A stretch of 52,581 nt of DNA, from contig NZ_JBAPRN010000188.1 of NCBI RefSeq assembly GCF_049281135.1, positions 1 through 52,581 on the forward strand. Reading direction: 5' to 3'. The notes below the pieces were generated by a model that saw only the letters and a program-made list of their open reading frames with translations, searched no databases and was not told the DNA's origin. Position numbers and translations under genes: made by a program. Below, one piece after another: positions 46,972 through 52,581 of the stretch. Source of the DNA: Mycobacterium sp. (GTDB lineage Bacteria > Actinomycetota > Actinomycetes > Mycobacteriales > Mycobacteriaceae). Within the stretch, counting starts at the first letter, position 1; each line of letters starts with the position of its first letter.

Positions 46972-48123
46972 TTAGAGCCTTTCGATGATCGTCACATTGG
47001 CCTGGCCGCCGCCCTCGCACATGGTCTGCAGACCGTAACGGCCGCCAGTGCGTTCCAGTTCGTGCAGCAGTGAGGTCATCAAGCGCGCGCCAGTGCAGCC
47101 GATCGGGTGCCCCAGAGCGATTGCCCCGCCGTTGACGTTGACGCGGTCAGGGTCGGCGTCGAGCTCAGCCAGCCAGGCGAGGACCACGGGAGCGAATGCC
47201 TCGTTGATTTCGACCAAGTCGATCTCGTCGATCGACAACCCCGTCCGCTTGAGTGCATGCCGGGTGGCCGCGATCGGGGCGGTCAGCATGATCACTGGAT
47301 CAGCGCCTCGCACCGACATGTGGTGGATCCGCGCTCGCGGTGTCAACCGGAACCGATCGACCGCGTCCTGTGATGCGATCAGCAGTGCCGCGGCTCCGTC
47401 GGAGATTTGACTGGCCACCGCTGCGGTCAACACGCCACCCTCGACCAGGGTCGGCAGCTTGGCCATTTTTTCCAATGAGGTGTCCGGACGCGGCCCCTCA
47501 TCTTGCGCGACGCCGGCGTAAGGGATGATTTCGCGGGTGAATCGACCTTCGGCGATCGCGGCCACCGCGCGCTGGTGGCTGCTCAGCGCGAAGTTCTCGT
47601 TGTCTTCGCGGCTGAGTTTCCACTGGCTGGCGATCATCTCCGCGCCGCGGAATTGGGAGATTTCCTGGGTGCCATAGCGGGCTTCCCATCCGCGGCATCC
47701 AGCCCACGGATCGCTCGCGCCAAAAGGCTCACCCGCGGCGAACGCGCTCAGGATTGGGTACTGACTCATCTTTTGCACGCCGCCCGCGACGATGAGGTCC
47801 GCGGTGCCGCTCATCACGGCTTGGGCGGCGAAATGTACTGCCTGTTGCGCCGATCCACACTGTCTGTCCACCGTAACGCCCGGCACCGACTCAGGCAGGC
47901 CGGCTGCAAGCGCCGCCGTGCGGGCGATGTCCCCGGCCTGAGAACCGATGTTGTCCAGGCAGCCGAGAATCACATCGTCTACTGCCTCAGGATCCAGGTC
48001 GTGCCGATCGACCACGCTGCGAATGACATGGGCGGCCATGTCTGCCGGGTGCTCGTGGCTCAGTCCGCCACCGCGCTTGCCGACCGCTGTGCGAACGGCG
48101 TCAACAATATAAGCCACAGTCAC
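46972..48123 (-). CDS. fadA: Acetyl-CoA C-acyltransferase (thiolase, FadA6-like)
   Basis: DRQCGS, NEAFA, GAIALGHPIG, MCEGGG. Confidence 0.94.
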   Translation of the reverse strand: MTVAYIVDAVRTAVGKRGGGLSHEHPADMAAHVIRSVVDRHDLDPEAVDDVILGCLDNIGSQAGDIARTAALAAGLPESVPGVTVDRQCGSAQQAVHFAAQAVMSGTADLIVAGGVQKMSQYPILSAFAAGEPFGASDPWAGCRGWEARYGTQEISQFRGAEMIASQWKLSREDNENFALSSHQRAVAAIAEGRFTREIIPYAGVAQDEGPRPDTSLEKMAKLPTLVEGGVLTAAVASQISDGAAALLIASQDAVDRFRLTPRARIHHMSVRGADPVIMLTAPIAATRHALKRTGLSIDEIDLVEINEAFAPVVLAWLAELDADPDRVNVNGGAIALGHPIGCTGARLMTSLLHELERTGGRYGLQTMCEGGGQANVTIIERL

Positions 48124-48181
48124 TCTGTGAATTTAACATAGAATAAAAAGCTAAGCCACCCGCCCCGCAGTGGCCATTCGT

Positions 48182-48874
48182 TCAACGTTTGCGAGCTGCT
48201 GTGCGCGCTTTCCCGGTGCCGCGGGCCCGGGTTTCGCTATGCGCGCACAGCCCGTGGCGGACCAACGATTGGGCGTTAGCGACGATGCCGTCGACGGAAT
48301 CGTGGCGCGGGTCGCGCCATTCGGCTGCCCAGTTCAGCGCCCCGAGGACCAGCAGCTGCGCGTAACGGGGGTCGAGGCCGGTCCGGATCTGCCCGTCGGC
48401 CAGTGCATTGTCGAACAGCCGGCGCCACACCCGCCCGTAGGCCCTTTCCTCTTTGAGCTGTCGGGTGCGGAGGCGCTGTGGGATCTGCCCGGAATTGCGG
48501 ATCGAGGCGGTGGCGTAGTCGGAAATCTCCAATTCATGCCTCAGGTGGGCCTCAACAGCGACCATGATCCGCTCCAGAGGCGAGGTCTCCGGCGGCAGAT
48601 CATCGAGGGCATCTTGCACGTGCTTGCGCAGATCGGCGATGCCGCAGTACATCACCTCTTCGATCAGCTCTTCGCGGGACCCGAAGTAGTAGTAGATCGC
48701 CGGCGCTTGAAGTTCGGCGTATTCGGCGACATCCGAGAGCCTCGTCCCGGCGAACCCTTTCGAGCTCAAGACGTGCGCAGCCGCATCGAGGATGCGGGCA
48801 CGGGTGCGGGCGGACTTGGACTCGGCGTCCGCCGATATCTTGCCGTTAGGCACCGCCGCAACTTTTCTAGGCAC
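48182..48874 (-). CDS. TetR family regulator
   Basis: TRLSDVAEYAELQAPAIYYYFGSREEL. Confidence 0.93.
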   Translation of the reverse strand: MPRKVAAVPNGKISADAESKSARTRARILDAAAHVLSSKGFAGTRLSDVAEYAELQAPAIYYYFGSREELIEEVMYCGIADLRKHVQDALDDLPPETSPLERIMVAVEAHLRHELEISDYATASIRNSGQIPQRLRTRQLKEERAYGRVWRRLFDNALADGQIRTGLDPRYAQLLVLGALNWAAEWRDPRHDSVDGIVANAQSLVRHGLCAHSETRARGTGKARTAARKR

Positions 48875-48899
48875 GGTTACAGGATATTCCAGGCACCGA

Positions 48900-49260
48900 T
48901 AGGGATGTCGTATACGTGGATCTACCCTGTTGATGACGCGGTGGCGCTCTCACCGCAACGCCCTCGGTTGGTGCTGGTGGGATAGGCAGCGGGAACGGCA
49001 TCATGGCGTCGAATGCGCCAGCCGCACAATCACTCTCGCACATACCGGTACCAATAGCGCCGCTACGCAGCGCGACCGTGTCAGCCGCACCTCATACCTG
49101 CATCAGCACGACCAGGGTGAAGATTCTTGTAGATCATGGCCACATCGATGTCGGACGGGTCAGTCCGGGGTCGCCCGAGGGCAGTCGGCGACCGCGCCGG
49201 GCCTCATCGCGGCTTCCATGGCATCGGGGCGCTGGTAGCCATTCCGGCGGTCACTCCCGA
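48900..49260 (-). pseudogene. Decayed lipid-transfer protein / SCP2-thiolase (Ltp-like) remnant; boundaries approximate
   Basis: 49166 to 49092 reads GLT/SDIDVAMIYKN/FTLVVLMQV* across two frameshifts; further downstream PTSTNRGRCGE resembles PxNTxGGxLxE. Confidence 0.55.
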
Positions 49261-49552
49261 GCCGTGGGAACGGCTGCCCCCTCTTGCCGCAAATCGACGG
49301 GCTGCACGGCTGGGCGTCTGCGCCTCGATGACCCAGGCGACGCATGACACGGATCCGCGCAGCGCATTGCGGTCAGTCGACTCGCGCTATTGACGAAACC
49401 ATGCGAACGATCGTTATCATGTAAGCCATCCGGTGAGACCGGCGTCACACGAGAGTTGCGCGATCAGGAGAGTCGCCATGGGACCCAGGCAACTGGAACC
49501 TGGCGCCTCAATGGGCGCTAATTGAGCAACCTCAGCGACCGAAAGGAAATCC

Positions 49553-50323
49553 ATGTCTGAAGGCCGGAGCGTGTTTTCCGAACGCAGCCAGCGCGCCATC
49601 ATGTGGTGGGGAATCGGCCTCGCCATCGTCTATTTCATTGCGTTTCTTTTCCTGCTGCAGCAGGTTCCGCTGAAGGATCCCAAATGGAGCGCCGACCAGG
49701 TGGCCTCGTGGTACGTGCACAACCAAGGCAAGATCAAGCTCGGCGCCGTCCTATGCAGCTGGACAGGCGCGTTCATGATGCCGATCTTGGCGGTGCTTGC
49801 CGTTCAGATGGCCCGGGTCGAGACTGGCGGATGGAAGATCTGGAGTGCGCTGTCGCTGGTCAGCGGTGCAATGATGTCGCTGTTTTTGATGCTCCCGCCG
49901 ATGTTCTGGGGTGTCGCGGCATACACCGCGCCGCGCAAGGACTCCGAGGTCACCACTCTCATGCACGAACTGGCGTCGCTGACGATGACGACGACCGACC
50001 AGTTCTATGTTTTTGCATGGGTCGCCGTCACGGTCATCGCGCTGCGCCCGGCCACCCAACTGGTCAAGAACAACCCATTTCCGCGATGGTGGGGCTACAT
50101 GTCGCTGTGGATAACGATCATGTTCGAGGCAGGCGCGATCGCCTTCATACCGCGTAGCGGCCCATTTGCCTGGAACGGGCTGCTCGTGTTCTGGTCGCCG
50201 CTGATTCTGTTCTCGGTATGGATCACCATCCAGAGCTGGCTGATTTTCCGCGCACTGCGTGCCCAAAGAGCTGAACCCGACCCCCTGCCCTTGCGCGCGG
50301 CAGAGGCCGCCACGGTTTTCTGA
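49553..50323 (+). CDS. Uncharacterised multi-pass membrane protein (family A, copy 5, most divergent)
   Basis: SADQVASWY, IKLG, PFPRWWGY, GPFAWNGLLVFW; GAAAGGA RBS. Confidence 0.85.
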   Translation: MSEGRSVFSERSQRAIMWWGIGLAIVYFIAFLFLLQQVPLKDPKWSADQVASWYVHNQGKIKLGAVLCSWTGAFMMPILAVLAVQMARVETGGWKIWSALSLVSGAMMSLFLMLPPMFWGVAAYTAPRKDSEVTTLMHELASLTMTTTDQFYVFAWVAVTVIALRPATQLVKNNPFPRWWGYMSLWITIMFEAGAIAFIPRSGPFAWNGLLVFWSPLILFSVWITIQSWLIFRALRAQRAEPDPLPLRAAEAATVF

Positions 50324-50518
50324 CGGTCGATGACAGAGCCTTACTGTGTCTGTCAAAGGTCGGCTACCTGCCGGAAAGGGCGACGTCAACGCCCAAGTTG
50401 ACTCGGCGTGCGTGAGCCGAGCCGGCCGCTTCGTCTCGTCATCGCACTGAACAGTCGAAGACGCCGGGCATCCATTTTCGAACCCATACGCGACCGCCGA
50501 CATTCGGGCCTCGGGTAA

Positions 50519-51208
50519 GTGGCGGCCGCGTGCGAAAATGACGGGGTGCCTACTAAGCCAACGGTCAACTGCCAGCCAGCGGCGCGCGGTGATGGGAGGC
50601 GCTTGCTCCTGGAATCGGCTCGCGCCTTGTTCGAGGAGCGCGGCTACGCCGGCACGAGTACGCGGGAAATCGCACGCGCTGCCGCGGTGACGGAGCCGAT
50701 GATCTTCCGGCATTTCGGATCCAAGGCGAAGCTCTTCGAAGAGGCCGTGCTGGCTCCGTTCAACACCTTCGTTTCCGAATACATAGCGGACTGGGCCACA
50801 CGCCCCCGCGGCGCGAAAACCTCCTATGTGGAGACGTATGAGTTCTACCGTGGTGTCTACAACGTCTTGTCGGCCAATCGGCGATTGATCCACGAGATGA
50901 TCGGCGGCCGGGCAACCGGATCATTGACCGCCGACACCGTCTCGACGCCGCAGCTCGGTGCCCTCCTTGAACGGTTAGAGGAGATCATCGAGCGTGAGCG
51001 CGAATATCGCGGATTCCGCCACTTTGACCCTGTGGTGATGACGCGGCTGTTGTTCGGGCTCGTCTTTTCGCTCGCGGTACACGGGGACTGGATGTTTGAG
51101 GGCGCAAGTCACCCCCAGCCAAGCGTCGAGGCGTTCATCGACGAAATGGTTCGTCTCACTATCTACGGTGCCTATCCGGAAGGTGCCCGGCCAGCTGCGG
51201 CACCGTGA
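50519..51208 (+). CDS. TetR family regulator
   Basis: TSTREIARAAAVTEPMIFRHFGSKAKLF; start uncertain. Confidence 0.92.
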   Translation: MAAACENDGVPTKPTVNCQPAARGDGRRLLLESARALFEERGYAGTSTREIARAAAVTEPMIFRHFGSKAKLFEEAVLAPFNTFVSEYIADWATRPRGAKTSYVETYEFYRGVYNVLSANRRLIHEMIGGRATGSLTADTVSTPQLGALLERLEEIIEREREYRGFRHFDPVVMTRLLFGLVFSLAVHGDWMFEGASHPQPSVEAFIDEMVRLTIYGAYPEGARPAAAP

Positions 51209-51249
51209 CCGGCGACCGGCGTCGAAAGACAACGGGCATCAACAGGCCC

Positions 51250-52374
51250 TCAGCGGGAAGGCCCGCCGAGGGCCACACGGTCGCGTCCCCGCCACGCCTC
51301 AATCAACCCCGCATTCTGCCCGGGCGTGCTGCCGTAGGTGGCGATCTCGTCTGCCCCCGCATCGCGGAAGCGCTGCAATTGGGTGACGCATTGGTCGACC
51401 GAGCCAAGAGCGCAGGTCTCCGCCATCCACGCATCAGGTATCAGCCGCGCCGGCTCCATCAATTGGACCCGATGGTAGCTCACATCGGCCATCTCCTTAT
51501 TGCCCTGAAATTGGCTGTGCGCACGCAGCTTTTCGACCGGCGCGGTATTCCAATTATTGGCCCGGACCAGCGCGTCACCGTACTCGGGCGCCTGTAGGTA
51601 AGTGACGGCTCGCGCGTGGGCAAGTGCGCGAGTCTCGTCATCGGACAGGCCGGGCGCGGTTATCACGCATTGGCAGATCCGCACGGTCGCCGGGTCGCGG
51701 TCGATACGCTCACACGCCTGCTGGATTCGCGTCACCGCTGCCGCTGTCGCGGCTGGGGTGAGAACCGGCGGCAGCAGAACGCCGTCGAAGGAGCGGGCGA
51801 TCGCGGTGGCGGCCTTGGGTAAGGCGAACGTGCCGTACCAGACCTTTGGTTGATCGCCCTCGTATACGTCACCGAGTTTTATGCCGTCGAATTGCCCGGC
51901 TGGACCGTCGTAGGTCACCGTCTCGCCGGCCCAGAGCCTGCGAACAATGCCTACGTAGTCGCACAACCCATCGAAACCCTGTGTTCGCAGGCCTTCGCTA
52001 CGCAAGTAGCTATGGTCGCCGCGACCCAGCCCCAGCACGAACCGGGGGCCGAAGCACGCATGCATGGTGGCACCGAAGGCGGCCATGTGCAGGACATTAC
52101 GACGCGCCGGCGAGACCAATCCGGTGGCCAACTCGACACGCGGTGCGCGCGCGGCCACCGCGGACAGTAGCACCGCGACCTCTTTGAGGTTCCACCGCTC
52201 CGAGATGAAGATGCGACGAAAACCCAAGCGGTCAGCGGATACTCCGTCTTCTATGCCGTCGACCGGTGTGCGCTCGCCGGTCTCGTCACGGGCATCGACG
52301 GGACGTCGTGAAACGACTCTGCCCGAGATCAGAAATGCGCTCAGGTCGTTGACGACGGAGGCGTTATCTGTCAT
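51250..52374 (-). CDS. F420-dependent LLM oxidoreductase, TIGR03857-like
   Basis: FISERWNLKE, FVLGLGRG, GADEIATYGSTP. Confidence 0.88.
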   Translation of the reverse strand: MTDNASVVNDLSAFLISGRVVSRRPVDARDETGERTPVDGIEDGVSADRLGFRRIFISERWNLKEVAVLLSAVAARAPRVELATGLVSPARRNVLHMAAFGATMHACFGPRFVLGLGRGDHSYLRSEGLRTQGFDGLCDYVGIVRRLWAGETVTYDGPAGQFDGIKLGDVYEGDQPKVWYGTFALPKAATAIARSFDGVLLPPVLTPAATAAAVTRIQQACERIDRDPATVRICQCVITAPGLSDDETRALAHARAVTYLQAPEYGDALVRANNWNTAPVEKLRAHSQFQGNKEMADVSYHRVQLMEPARLIPDAWMAETCALGSVDQCVTQLQRFRDAGADEIATYGSTPGQNAGLIEAWRGRDRVALGGPSR

Positions 52375-52581
52375 GGCTTTGTACCTTCTTAAGCCGGGCG
52401 CAGATATCGATGTTGCGCGCGAGGCCCGCCTGCGCGTCGACGGGGTCGAGGAGCAGCGGCAAGATGTCGCAGACGCTCACCCACGTGGCTCCCGCGTCGA
52501 CGTACTGTTGTACCTGCCTCGCAACGGATTCGGGTGTGCCCCAGACGAACGATTTCCCAGCCATTTCGTGCGTGGTACGGC
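52364..52581 (-). CDS. C-terminus of an LLM-class oxidoreductase (partial)
   Basis: GTPESVARQVQQYVDAGATWV is a typical LLM final helix/strand; runs off the window edge. Confidence 0.7.
   Translation of the reverse strand, partial: RTTHEMAGKSFVWGTPESVARQVQQYVDAGATWVSVCDILPLLLDPVDAQAGLARNIDICARLKKVQSHDR

Noticed and set aside
50331..50355. TGACAGA-N11-TCTGTCA inverted repeat
   Set aside because: A single 7-bp-arm occurrence; cannot distinguish operator, weak terminator or chance

Overview
High-GC actinobacterial DNA, most likely Mycobacterium/Mycolicibacterium (F420-dependent LLMs of the TIGR03857 type, a mycofactocin-type SDR, FadD/FadE/Ech/FadA genes, leaderless-type promoters). The window is an accessory lipid/isoprenoid-catabolism island of about 52 genes. 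It holds a beta-oxidation set, a P450, five luciferase-like oxidoreductases, eight TetR regulators and one MarR. It also holds many carotenoid-chemistry-like or uncharacterised proteins in several paralogous copies: a CrtO-like and a phytoene-desaturase-like flavoprotein, a four-His carotenoid/stilbene cleavage oxygenase, two AveC-family and three CruF/AveC-like membrane proteins, five copies of one unknown multi-pass membrane family, two copies of an unknown soluble family each followed by a phosphoryl-transfer enzyme, two APH-fold kinases, and a PEP-utiliser His-domain protein with no ATP-grasp domain. Reading the DNA directly shows a 1267-bp transposase-less element (28853-30119) with perfect 17-bp terminal inverted repeats, a target-site duplication and two cargo genes. 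It also shows several recurring operator motifs and several decayed gene remnants absent from the ORF track. No rRNA, tRNA, CRISPR array or transposase was seen. All family assignments come from motif recognition, not database searches.
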